Shown here one piece after another: positions 10,495 to 19,056 of a DNA stretch of 64,000 nt; positions within the stretch are counted from its first letter, which is position 1; every line of letters begins with the position of its first letter. Source of the DNA: Elusimicrobiales bacterium (GTDB lineage Bacteria > Elusimicrobiota > Elusimicrobia > Elusimicrobiales > UBA9959); contig JBMFKQ010000002.1 of the NCBI GenBank assembly GCA_049972095.1, forward strand, positions 3,578 to 67,577. Reading direction: 5' to 3'. A program made the translations under genes and the position numbers. The notes beneath the pieces were generated by a model. The model saw only the letters and a program-made list of their open reading frames with translations, had not been told where the DNA came from and ran no database searches.

Positions 10495-11224
10495 TTTTGC
10501 AGCTATAGATTTTTTTGAGGTTTCTAAAACATATTTCACAAAAAGTTTTTTTAATTCATTTCAAAAAAAAGTTCTTGATAAAATTACATTCTCTGTTGCT
10601 AAAGGCTCAATCACTGGACTTGTTGGAGTAAATGGGGCAGGGAAAACTACAGTGATAAAGATAATATGTGGCATAACTAAACCTGACAGTGGAAGTGTAA
10701 AGATTATGGGGGTTGATGTTTTAAAAAAATCATATCCAGGAAGTATTGGATATACAAGCGAGCTACCGTATTTTTGCCAGTCATTCAGTGTTGAGGATAC
10801 TGTGAGATTCTTTCATTCTATATCAGATACACCCGTTGATGAAAACAAGCTTAAAGAGATATACCTTCTAAGCGATATCGAAAGGTTCAAAAATGAGAAG
10901 GTCAAGAATCTTTCAAGAGGTATGCTTCAGAAACTTTCTATTGCCTGTGCGCTTGTTAATGATCCCAAGATTCTGGTTCTTGATGAACCAACAGAAGGAT
11001 TGGACCCAATCTATGTAAAAAGCATGAGAGAAATACTTCTAAGGATAAATGAAAAAGGAAAAACTGTGTTTTTCTCTTCACATAGAATATCAGAGATTGA
11101 GAAAATATGTAGTGTTGTGATTGTTATAAATCGTGGAAGGATTATAAGGGTGTTTGATGATAGAGGTATGTTTAAAGACAGCCTTGAAAGTAAGGTGATA
11201 GAAAGTATAGAGAAGGATGCTTAG
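10469..11224 (+). CDS. ABC transporter ATP-binding protein
   Basis: Walker A GVNGAGKTT, signature LSRGMLQKL, Walker B LVLDEPT. The start may instead be the internal Met at 10484. It overlaps the DUF885 stop. Confidence 0.9.
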   Translation: MKKRNMKNDFAAIDFFEVSKTYFTKSFFNSFQKKVLDKITFSVAKGSITGLVGVNGAGKTTVIKIICGITKPDSGSVKIMGVDVLKKSYPGSIGYTSELPYFCQSFSVEDTVRFFHSISDTPVDENKLKEIYLLSDIERFKNEKVKNLSRGMLQKLSIACALVNDPKILVLDEPTEGLDPIYVKSMREILLRINEKGKTVFFSSHRISEIEKICSVVIVINRGRIIRVFDDRGMFKDSLESKVIESIEKDA

Positions 11225-11942
11225 AAAGGTTTTCTATATATCATTTTATTCAATAAAAGAATTTTTTCTCTCTAAGATTTTCTATTTTGTTTTTTTTCTA
11301 ATACTTTTTTCTTTTTTTATTTCATCAATAGTAAGTATTATGGCTGTTAGCCAGGAGAGAAAGGTTCTTTCAGATTTTTTTGTTGCTTTGGCACAGATGG
11401 CAGTGCTTTTATTTGCTTTGATATATCCTCCATTTTCAATTAATCTTGAACTGGAAACAAAAAGAATATATCTTGTGCTTTCAAAATCAGTATCAAGAGC
11501 TGAGTGGTTTATATCTAAATTCATATCATTTATATTAGATTGTCTCATCCTTCTTGTATCTGTAAGTTTGGTTGGTTTTATTTTTATGAAGATATTTAAA
11601 AATTGTTCTCCATCCTTAACATATATAAATGAGCTCTCTTTCATATTTTTAAAAATACTTCCCATTATATCTATCTCAATCTCCCTTTCATTTATAACAA
11701 CATCCCCATATTTAGCAATGATCATCTCTACAATGATTTGGATTGCAGCACATTATGCTTGTGAAATAAAATATTCTCTTTCCTATATAAAGTCATATTA
11801 TGACTACATTGCATACATAATATACCTTCTTCCAGATTTTTCGCTTAAAACAGTGAGTTTAAATTTTTTAACTTATGTCTTTTTCTACTCCATTCTATGG
11901 CTTTCTGCAGGTTTTTTTTCCTTTGAAAGAAAAGAACTATGA
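11217..11942 (+). CDS. ABC-2 type permease (NosY/GldF-like architecture)
   Basis: 241 aa with about 6 hydrophobic helices. It overlaps the ATPase gene by 8 nt. The N-terminal pattern YSIKEFFLSKIFYFVFF is typical of ABC-2 family permeases. Confidence 0.7.
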   Translation: MLRKVFYISFYSIKEFFLSKIFYFVFFLILFSFFISSIVSIMAVSQERKVLSDFFVALAQMAVLLFALIYPPFSINLELETKRIYLVLSKSVSRAEWFISKFISFILDCLILLVSVSLVGFIFMKIFKNCSPSLTYINELSFIFLKILPIISISISLSFITTSPYLAMIISTMIWIAAHYACEIKYSLSYIKSYYDYIAYIIYLLPDFSLKTVSLNFLTYVFFYSILWLSAGFFSFERKEL

Positions 11943-12604
11943 AAAGAACTATTTTTTATTCACTGCTGATTTTAGGTTTTTTGTGCTCTTTTAGATATGA
12001 GTATAATCTTCCAAATACCTTTCTATATCTTGGCAGATACTTAAGAGATCCAATTGAAGCATGCATATTTAAATCTATAGGTTTAAAGGAAGTTTATGGG
12101 GATTTGCTTTATATAAGATTGCTTCAGTATTATGGAAAAAGGGAGTTTAATTATGAAGATTATCTTGGGGGAAACTATCCTGATATGTATGCGAGATCCC
12201 TTGCCCTTGCTATTGTTGCTCCTGATTATGAAAATGCAATTATCCTTTCTTCATCTATACTTGCTTTTGGCCTTGGAAGAACCTGGGAGGCAAAGTCGGT
12301 GTTGAAGATTGCAATGTTAGAAGATATACCTCAATATCTGAAAGTTAAATACGCCCTACTTCTTTCAGCTGTTATAACATATGAGAAAAATAAAAAAAAT
12401 CTGCTTGATGAACAAACCCTTCTTCTTCTCTCTGAGATTGCAATGCAAAAAGAAGCTTCTGATATGTTTAGAAATATAGTTGCATTTCTTTGTGAAAAGG
12501 CTGGTAGGATAGATATTGCAAGAGCTATATATAAAAAGATAGTTGAAACATCCAATGATGAATATTACAGAAAAAAGGCAAGCCAAAAATTAAAAGATTT
12601 TTGA
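11939..12604 (+). CDS. Hypothetical exported/anchored helical-repeat protein
   Basis: 221 aa with a hydrophobic N-terminus and a helical, TPR-like composition. Translationally coupled through an ATGA overlap with the permease gene. No recognisable catalytic motif. Confidence 0.5.
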   Translation: MKRTIFYSLLILGFLCSFRYEYNLPNTFLYLGRYLRDPIEACIFKSIGLKEVYGDLLYIRLLQYYGKREFNYEDYLGGNYPDMYARSLALAIVAPDYENAIILSSSILAFGLGRTWEAKSVLKIAMLEDIPQYLKVKYALLLSAVITYEKNKKNLLDEQTLLLLSEIAMQKEASDMFRNIVAFLCEKAGRIDIARAIYKKIVETSNDEYYRKKASQKLKDF

Positions 12605-12610
12605 GAGTTT

Positions 12611-13672
12611 ATGATAATTTTAAGATATCTTAGCAACCGGGGAAACTGTATAGAAAATTACAACGCCTTGAATTCTGCAGTTTTTCTTAATAATGCTGGG
12701 AATGATGTGATAATAATTTCAAAGAAGGATAGTTATATTAAAGAGTTTTGTAAGAAAAATAAAGTTAAATATCACGAGCTAAATTTTTTAATTCTTTCAG
12801 GAATATCAAGGATCCCAAATGCTGACCTTGTTGAGATTTACAGTTATTCAAAGGAAGATGATAAGTTTATAGAAAAACTTTTATCATTAAAGAAACCCAA
12901 GATTATGAGAGTTTTTGGGTTTCCTGATTCTGATACAAGGGAGTTTATTAAGAAGAATGAATATTCTTTTTCAAGAATAATAGTTTCCTGCCAGTCTATT
13001 AAAGATGAGCTTGTTTTTAATCAGATTTCCCCTATCAGAATAATGATTCTTTCTCCACTTCTTGTTATGTCAAGATGGGAGAGTGCAAAACAGATAAAGC
13101 CTTTTACGATAATGCAAAGACCTTACAGGGTTGGATGTGTGATGAGAAGTTTTTCTGAGGAAGAAGCAAAATTCTTTATGCTTATAGCAAAAAATGTTCT
13201 TGTCAAAAACAATGAAGTAAACTTTATGATAGTTGGAAGTAGGGATGAGAGGATAAGGGAATTTGCCAGAAATCTTGGTATAAGTCACAAGGTTGATATA
13301 CTTGGATGGAGAGATGATATGCCAGAGGTTATGGCAATGCTTCATATATATGTTTCAACTCGAAATACTCCATCAGTAGGACGATCCTTAATTGAAGCGC
13401 TTGCATCAGGAGTTGTGTGCGTGGTAGGAAATGTTGGTGGAATTTCTGATTTTATAAAAAATGACTATACCGGAATAATCATAAATCCAAGAAATATTGA
13501 TGAGTATGTTAAAAACATAGTTCGTCTTGTTGGAGATCCTGTTACAATGCAGAATATTTCTGCTATGGCTTTTGCATATGCAAAAGCAAACTTTTCTGCC
13601 CAGATAATAACAAAGGTTGAGGAGCTTGTTTATGAGGAGACTGTAGCAGGATGGATTTCAAAGTATGTATAA
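12611..13672 (+). CDS. Glycosyltransferase family 4 (GT-B)
   Basis: 353 aa. The C-terminal half carries the GT4-type segment GRSLIEALASGVVCVV.....DFIKNDYTGIII. Confidence 0.75.
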   Translation: MIILRYLSNRGNCIENYNALNSAVFLNNAGNDVIIISKKDSYIKEFCKKNKVKYHELNFLILSGISRIPNADLVEIYSYSKEDDKFIEKLLSLKKPKIMRVFGFPDSDTREFIKKNEYSFSRIIVSCQSIKDELVFNQISPIRIMILSPLLVMSRWESAKQIKPFTIMQRPYRVGCVMRSFSEEEAKFFMLIAKNVLVKNNEVNFMIVGSRDERIREFARNLGISHKVDILGWRDDMPEVMAMLHIYVSTRNTPSVGRSLIEALASGVVCVVGNVGGISDFIKNDYTGIIINPRNIDEYVKNIVRLVGDPVTMQNISAMAFAYAKANFSAQIITKVEELVYEETVAGWISKYV

Positions 13673-13696
13673 TGATAAGTATAATGTGATGTAGTT

Positions 13697-14701
13697 ATGC
13701 TTTTTATACTCTTTATTTTTTTTGTCTATCTTCCGCTTGAGTCAAAGGATGTTTATACAGGAAGCTTTTTAAACATACCACCCGCACCATATCCTACATC
13801 TCTTGCTGAGTCATTTGCAGCACGGGTTAATGCTGATTCGGTTCTCTATAATCCTGCAGGTTTAGGACTTTTGAGTTATTCATCACTTTCAATTGCACAC
13901 AACAAATACATAGAAGGGCTTTTGCAACAGTATATAAATGCTGTTATAGATACCCCTTATGGTAATTTTTCAGCATTTTACTCTGTTATGAAGAGTGGTG
14001 ATATAATCTCATATGATGAAAGCGAAAATATAACAGGCAATACATCCATATCATACTCTTATTATGGATTTAGTTATTCTAAGGGTTTTCCATATTTTGA
14101 TTATGCAAGAAAAAAAATTGATCCTATGTTAATAACCCCCTCATGGTCAAGGATAAAACCAGTGGGGGTTTATATACCAAAGGTATATAGATTTTCTTTT
14201 GGACTAACTGCAAAAAAGCTCGAAGAAAGACTTGATACAGAGAAAAGAGGTATAAATCTTTTTGATGGTGGGGTGTTACTTGTGCTTCCAGGACATTTTC
14301 ATATAGGTGCATCTATTCAAAATGTGTCTTCAAAATCGAGATTTTATCAACAATATGAAAAAATTCCTTCAACTTTTAGATTTGGAGTTGCAAAGGATTT
14401 TTCAACAATAAAACAGATAATAAACTTTATTTTTACTGCTGATTATGTAGGTGTTGAGGGTAATAAAAACTATCTAAGTATGGCAAGTGAAATAGATATT
14501 TTAAAAGCCTTTCAGATGAGATTTGGTTATTCAACAAAAGATAATCCTGGTTTTTCAAGATTTGTGTTTGGGATGGGCATGACCTTTGATAGGTTTTTAA
14601 CCAAGGAAAGTCTTGTAAAGGGCTTGAGAATGGATTATGCATATTTAGAACATAAATATTTTGGCTCTACACACAGGATTGGTTTTCAGATGATTTGGTA
14701 A
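13697..14701 (+). CDS. Outer-membrane beta-barrel, PorV/PorQ-like family
   Basis: 334 aa with a signal peptide. N-terminal pattern is FLNIPP...SLAESFAARVNADSVLYNPAGLGLL, followed by alternating beta-strand pattern and a terminal aromatic residue (..FQMIW), as in OM barrels. Confidence 0.6.
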   Translation: MLFILFIFFVYLPLESKDVYTGSFLNIPPAPYPTSLAESFAARVNADSVLYNPAGLGLLSYSSLSIAHNKYIEGLLQQYINAVIDTPYGNFSAFYSVMKSGDIISYDESENITGNTSISYSYYGFSYSKGFPYFDYARKKIDPMLITPSWSRIKPVGVYIPKVYRFSFGLTAKKLEERLDTEKRGINLFDGGVLLVLPGHFHIGASIQNVSSKSRFYQQYEKIPSTFRFGVAKDFSTIKQIINFIFTADYVGVEGNKNYLSMASEIDILKAFQMRFGYSTKDNPGFSRFVFGMGMTFDRFLTKESLVKGLRMDYAYLEHKYFGSTHRIGFQMIW

Positions 14702-14724
14702 TTTAAGTATAGTTTTTAAAAATT

Positions 14725-14732
14725 TGTATAAT
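14725..14732 (+). promoter_or_regulatory. Candidate extended -10 (TGTATAAT) upstream of the coiled-coil ClpP-fold protease gene
   Basis: A perfect TGnTATAAT lies 19 nt upstream of ATG 14751. The predicted +1 still leaves the AGAGGAGG ribosome binding site in the transcript. Confidence 0.35.
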
Positions 14733-14750
14733 ATCTTAAGAGGAGGTAAA

Positions 14751-16034
14751 ATGAAAAGGATATTGTTGCTTTTAATTTTCAGTATAGGTGTTGTTGCTTA
14801 TTCTCAAGAGGATGAAAAAAAATTAAAAGAGCATGATTCAAAGGTTGAAGAGCTTAAAAAACAGAGAGAAAATCTAAGCCTTGAATACGAGATTGAGATG
14901 CAAAAGCAAAAGAATACCTTAATTGGTATAGAGAAGGAGTATAATGAGCTTTCTATTAAAAATAAACTTATGATTGAGAAACTTAATATGGAGGTTGCAG
15001 AGCTTAAGGCGCAGCTAGAAAAACTTTCTAATATGAATAAAGTTGCTGAGGAAAAAAATAAACAGGAGATTTCAAAACTTAACTTTGAGCTTAACAGATT
15101 AAAGCTCTTAAATGATATTGAAGAAGAGAAACTTAAAGCGGAGAAAAGAAAAATTAAAGAAGAGAAAGATAGAATGGATTTTGAGAAAGAAAGGATAAAA
15201 CATGAGCTTTTTCTAAAAACAAATGAGGTTGATAAACTAAAAGCAGAGCTTGAGCTTATATCAAAGAAAGAGGAGGTTAAAAGAATTGCCAAAAAAGAGC
15301 CAGTTTATTCAGATTTAGTTTTTAGGGATGGAAGTCTTGTTATATCTGATAGGAGAATACCTCTCAACGGTGTTATAACAATGAAGACTGCGGATTTTGT
15401 GGTAGATAGGATAAACTATTATAATAACCAGAGCACTGCTCCAATATTTATAGTGATAGATAGATCCCCCGGAGGATCTGTAATGGCAGGATATAAAATT
15501 CTTAAAGCAATGGAGGCAAGTATCTCTCCTGTTTATGTGGTTGTAAAATCATATGCTGCATCAATGGCTGCAACAATCACAACCCTTGCAAAAAAATCTT
15601 TTGTTTATCCAAATGCTATAATCCTTCATCATCAGATGAGAGCTATGACATGGGGTAATATGACACAGTTAAAAGAGCAGCTTGAGATGGCAAAAAAGTG
15701 GGAAAAAAGAGTAATGGGCCCTGTTGCAAAAAAAATAGGGATGGATATTGAAGAGTTTAGAAAGAAAATGTATGAACACAGCTCTGATGGTGATTGGGAA
15801 GAGTTTGGTGATGATGCTGTTAATCTTAAGTGGGTAACTCAAAGCGTTGACAGTATAATTGAAGAGGGTATAGTTAGAGACCCTGATTACTATGAGGATA
15901 AAAAGTTTACTACAAATATCTTTGAGGAAAAGGTTGATGAAAAAGGGAAAAAATATGTTGAGCTACCAAGACTTGATCCCTTTGACTTTTATTTTCTCTA
16001 CAATCCTGATGGATATTACAGATATAACTATTAA
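14751..16034 (+). CDS. Secreted coiled-coil protein with C-terminal ClpP/SppA-fold serine peptidase domain
   Basis: Start chosen at the ATG after AAGAGGAGG; the ORF-track TTG at 14724 is rejected. It has a signal peptide MKRILLLLIFSIGVVAYS and about 160 aa of heptad-rich, Glu/Lys-rich sequence. The ClpP-like core has AASMAA (Ser), ILHHQ (His) and SDGDWEEFGDDAV (Asp region). Confidence 0.7.
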   Translation: MKRILLLLIFSIGVVAYSQEDEKKLKEHDSKVEELKKQRENLSLEYEIEMQKQKNTLIGIEKEYNELSIKNKLMIEKLNMEVAELKAQLEKLSNMNKVAEEKNKQEISKLNFELNRLKLLNDIEEEKLKAEKRKIKEEKDRMDFEKERIKHELFLKTNEVDKLKAELELISKKEEVKRIAKKEPVYSDLVFRDGSLVISDRRIPLNGVITMKTADFVVDRINYYNNQSTAPIFIVIDRSPGGSVMAGYKILKAMEASISPVYVVVKSYAASMAATITTLAKKSFVYPNAIILHHQMRAMTWGNMTQLKEQLEMAKKWEKRVMGPVAKKIGMDIEEFRKKMYEHSSDGDWEEFGDDAVNLKWVTQSVDSIIEEGIVRDPDYYEDKKFTTNIFEEKVDEKGKKYVELPRLDPFDFYFLYNPDGYYRYNY

Positions 16035-16092
16035 AGAAGATTTGCTTTTTCGTTGTGTTGTTTTGTAGATTTTGTGGAGGGGTATATGAAGA

Positions 16093-16281
16093 ATGGGAGG
16101 TGGCTTTGAGCCAAGATACTCATCAAAGGAGAGCTTTGAAAAGGATTTTCCTAAAAGTGATATAATTCCACAAAGTGTGAGATGTCCTGGATGTGGGCAG
16201 GTAATAGCTCTTAACAGAAAATCTCTATCCAATAAAAGTGCGGGCTGGTGTAGAAAATGTGTGAGAGCAGTTACTCTTTGA
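16093..16281 (+). CDS. Small zinc-ribbon protein (hypothetical)
   Basis: 62 aa with CPGC...(x19)...CRKC. Codon usage resembles the neighbouring genes. The GGAGG is 13-14 nt upstream, which is long spacing. An ncRNA alternative is not excluded. Confidence 0.4.
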   Translation: MGGGFEPRYSSKESFEKDFPKSDIIPQSVRCPGCGQVIALNRKSLSNKSAGWCRKCVRAVTL

Positions 16282-16470
16282 ATAGGATAAAGGTCCTATA
16301 TGTAGATATGACCTTTAGCTTTGTAATCTTTGAATTTACATCTTATAATTAAATTAGATGACTAAAGATAGATTGTTCTTTGATGGCATAGCTCATCAAA
16401 CTTCAAGCTGGATTTTTATATTTCCTTTGAGGATTTAAAAGGGGCAAGCCCTTTAGGTAAAGGAGGGTAT

Positions 16471-17757
16471 ATGTTAAAACTTTTTGTTTATTCTGTTATA
16501 TTTTTCTTGTCGGTTGAGGCAAATGCTGACTCATATGACTCAATCAAATCAACCACATTTGAAAAGCTGTATAACCAAGCAGTAGAAAGGATAAAAAGCA
16601 AAACATCACAGATACCTTTGCCTGATGATAAAAAGAGGATCCTTGAGGCTGATAATAGATATTATCTCAAAATTACAGCAAAAGATAAATATGAAAGGAC
16701 AAAACTGCTTGAATTAGGAGTTGACATTTTTTCAATATCGGATTCTTATGTAGAAGGGACTATTCCTGGAGAACTTCTTGGCGGTATAGAGAAAGAGTTT
16801 TCAATTCTTGAAAGAAAACCACTTTCCTTATGGATTAGTGAAAACAAGGATTTTCCACCTCAGGATTCTGCATATCATAACTACAACGAAACATATCAGG
16901 CTCTTAAAGAGCTTTCTCAAAAATATTCTGATATTGCATACCTTTTTTCTATAGGAAAAAGTTATGAAGGAAGGGATATATGGGCTTTGAGAATAAACAC
17001 AACTCAAAAGGGGCTTGAGCAGAGCAAAAAACCCGGCATCCTTCTTGTTGGAAATCATCATGCAAGAGAGCATCTTACAAACGAAATGGTGCTTCTTTTT
17101 GCTGCTTATCTTTTGGACAATAGGGATTCTTATAGAGATTATATAGATAAGCTTGATATATACATTATACCGATGCTCAATCCTGATGGTGTAGAGTATG
17201 ATATAAAAACTGGTGACTACAAATGGTGGAGAAAGAATACAAATAAGCTTGATACAAGCTCTATTATTGGTGTGGATCTTAACAGAAATTATGATTTTGA
17301 ATGGTGTAAATCAGGTTCATCACACTACCAGCAGTCAGATGTCTATTGTGGAAAATCTGTTTTTTCCGAGCCTGAAACAAAAGCCCTTAGAGACTTTCTT
17401 TTGCAGAGAAGAAATATAAAAACCTCTCTTTCATATCATTCTTATGCCTCTCTTGTGCTTTATCCATGGGGAGGAAGGGATGAACCAGTTAGCGATGAGA
17501 AGGATAGAGCTGCCTTTATAAAGCATGCTAATGAGATGGCAAAGCTTTTGGGTTATAAGGCAGAGCAGTCAAGTGAGCTTTATATAGCAAGCGGTGATAT
17601 GTGTGACTGGGCATATGATAGGCTTAAGATCCTTGCTTTTACTATAGAGCTTGAAGGAAAAAGCTTCTATCCAGGTGCTTCAATAATACAGAGTGCTTTT
17701 GAAAAAAACAAAAAAGCTATAGTCTATCTTATGGGTGTTACAGAAAATCCTTATTGA
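16471..17757 (+). CDS. M14-family zinc carboxypeptidase, secreted
   Basis: Signal peptide, HHAREH (Zn ligands), NPDG, DLNRNY, and a downstream His in SYHSY. Confidence 0.85.
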   Translation: MLKLFVYSVIFFLSVEANADSYDSIKSTTFEKLYNQAVERIKSKTSQIPLPDDKKRILEADNRYYLKITAKDKYERTKLLELGVDIFSISDSYVEGTIPGELLGGIEKEFSILERKPLSLWISENKDFPPQDSAYHNYNETYQALKELSQKYSDIAYLFSIGKSYEGRDIWALRINTTQKGLEQSKKPGILLVGNHHAREHLTNEMVLLFAAYLLDNRDSYRDYIDKLDIYIIPMLNPDGVEYDIKTGDYKWWRKNTNKLDTSSIIGVDLNRNYDFEWCKSGSSHYQQSDVYCGKSVFSEPETKALRDFLLQRRNIKTSLSYHSYASLVLYPWGGRDEPVSDEKDRAAFIKHANEMAKLLGYKAEQSSELYIASGDMCDWAYDRLKILAFTIELEGKSFYPGASIIQSAFEKNKKAIVYLMGVTENPY

Positions 17758-18653
17758 TTATCTTTTAAAACAAGCATAAAACTTTTTATTGTTTTGTGTG
17801 GGTGATATGAGATCTTTGCTTTTTTAAGTCCTTCTTTTCCTATATCAGATTCTTTATTGATGAAAAGATATTTACCATAAACATGTTTTGCAAATTCCCT
17901 ATCTGTAAACTGATAAAGCCCTTTTACATTTTTATCAGCTTTTTCAAAATTCAATATACATGTGTTATTGTTTAGATGTGAGCCGATTGCAAAAGACGAA
18001 ATCTTGCCTGCTATATAGACACAGATTCCAAAAAAAGATATATCATTAATATATCTTTTTATATTTTCTATCGCTGATATCTCACAGTTGTATATATCAA
18101 AGCTTTTGCCGGGTGATATCTGATCTTTTATTTCGTGTATGAAGGATATTACACTGTCTATGGTTTGTTGAGAAAAGGGTTTTACCTCATAGCTATCTTT
18201 ATATATCTTCTCAAACTGATGTAGAAGGTTTCTTTTAGAAGAATATTTTGAGCCGACAAGTTCTTTTAGACTTTCTGTCCGGTATACATAATCAGTATAG
18301 TCAGTTTGCTCATATATCTCAAAATATATTTGTATTTCCGGGTTTTGCTTTATGTATGATTCAGGAGCATAATATACAGTTGTAAAATTGATTTTTCTTA
18401 AAATGGCAGAAAGCTTATCAGGCGCAGGTGGATTTTGTGAAAGTGGGAAAAGGATTCTTTTTTTATTTGGATTTTCATAAGGCAGCTCAGCAATTATAAG
18501 ATTTTCGTCAATAAAACCAAGATACACATCATATATGCAACCATTCCATAAAAATATAGAAGAAAGACTATAAGGAGAAAGCTCTGGTTGATTTTTTTCG
18601 AAATAGGATTCAAGAGTTTTTATATCATTTTTGGTTATTTTATTTAATCTCAT
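17751..18653 (-). CDS. DUF2156 (aminoacyl-phosphatidylglycerol-synthase C-terminal-domain-like) protein
   Basis: 300 aa. The N-terminal pattern ITKNDIKTLESYF....SPYSLSSIFLWN....YLGFIDENLII matches stand-alone DUF2156 proteins, which have a double GNAT-like fold. Confidence 0.65.
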   Translation of the reverse strand: MRLNKITKNDIKTLESYFEKNQPELSPYSLSSIFLWNGCIYDVYLGFIDENLIIAELPYENPNKKRILFPLSQNPPAPDKLSAILRKINFTTVYYAPESYIKQNPEIQIYFEIYEQTDYTDYVYRTESLKELVGSKYSSKRNLLHQFEKIYKDSYEVKPFSQQTIDSVISFIHEIKDQISPGKSFDIYNCEISAIENIKRYINDISFFGICVYIAGKISSFAIGSHLNNNTCILNFEKADKNVKGLYQFTDREFAKHVYGKYLFINKESDIGKEGLKKAKISYHPHKTIKSFMLVLKDNQ

Positions 18654-19056
18654 AAATGAAAACCTTCATCCCTTTAACATATCTAAACCCATTTTTCTGA
18701 TAAAACTTTTCTGTCCCCTTTTCAGATACAAGTATTATGAATTTGAATCCCTTTTTTAAAAGATAATTTTTTATGTATGAAAGTATAGCTGATGCTATAC
18801 CCCTGTTTCTCATATCCTTTTTAACAGTAAGATCCTGGATATAAGCATCATTTACCCCATCTGCTATAACCCTTGCTATTGCCACGATTCTGTCTGAATC
18901 AAAAGCACAGACAAAGATATAGCTTCTTTCTACTATCTCTGAAATTCTTTTGTTTGTATCAAATCTTGTCAGCCAGCCGGCCTCCTGGTATATTTCTTTT
19001 ATATCAGATATGTTTTTGTTTGAAGGTTTTTTAATAATTTTTATTTTTATCTTCAT
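18640..19056 (-). CDS. GNAT-family N-acetyltransferase
   Basis: 138 aa. Acetyl-CoA motif A is DLTVKKDMRNRGIASAIL, with a C-terminal FYQKNGF. Confidence 0.85.
   Translation of the reverse strand: MKIKIKIIKKPSNKNISDIKEIYQEAGWLTRFDTNKRISEIVERSYIFVCAFDSDRIVAIARVIADGVNDAYIQDLTVKKDMRNRGIASAILSYIKNYLLKKGFKFIILVSEKGTEKFYQKNGFRYVKGMKVFIYEIK

Noticed and set aside
11282-11725. 147-aa minus-strand ORF
   Set aside because: It lies entirely inside and antisense to the ABC-2 permease gene, which has a convincing TM pattern and translational coupling. No motifs are present.
14724-14750. TTG start extending the ClpP-fold protease ORF by 9 codons
   Set aside because: The ATG at 14751 is preceded by AAGAGGAGG at ideal spacing and starts a normal signal peptide. 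The TTG lies within the putative -10 box.
14804-15292. 162-aa Ser/Phe-rich ORF on the minus strand
   Set aside because: It lies exactly antisense to the Glu/Lys-rich coiled-coil segment of the ClpP-fold protease gene. It is low-complexity, has no ribosome binding site, and is a typical shadow ORF of GAA/AAG-rich coding sequence.
16035-16470. RNase P RNA, tmRNA or SRP RNA in the large spacer
   Set aside because: I looked for GAGGAAAGTCC / ACAGAA (RNase P), a tRNA-like GGGG...TCCACCA end with a tag ORF (tmRNA) and the GGAAGCAGCC-type domain IV (SRP). None is present. The region is kept only as an unexplained spacer or small-ORF finding.
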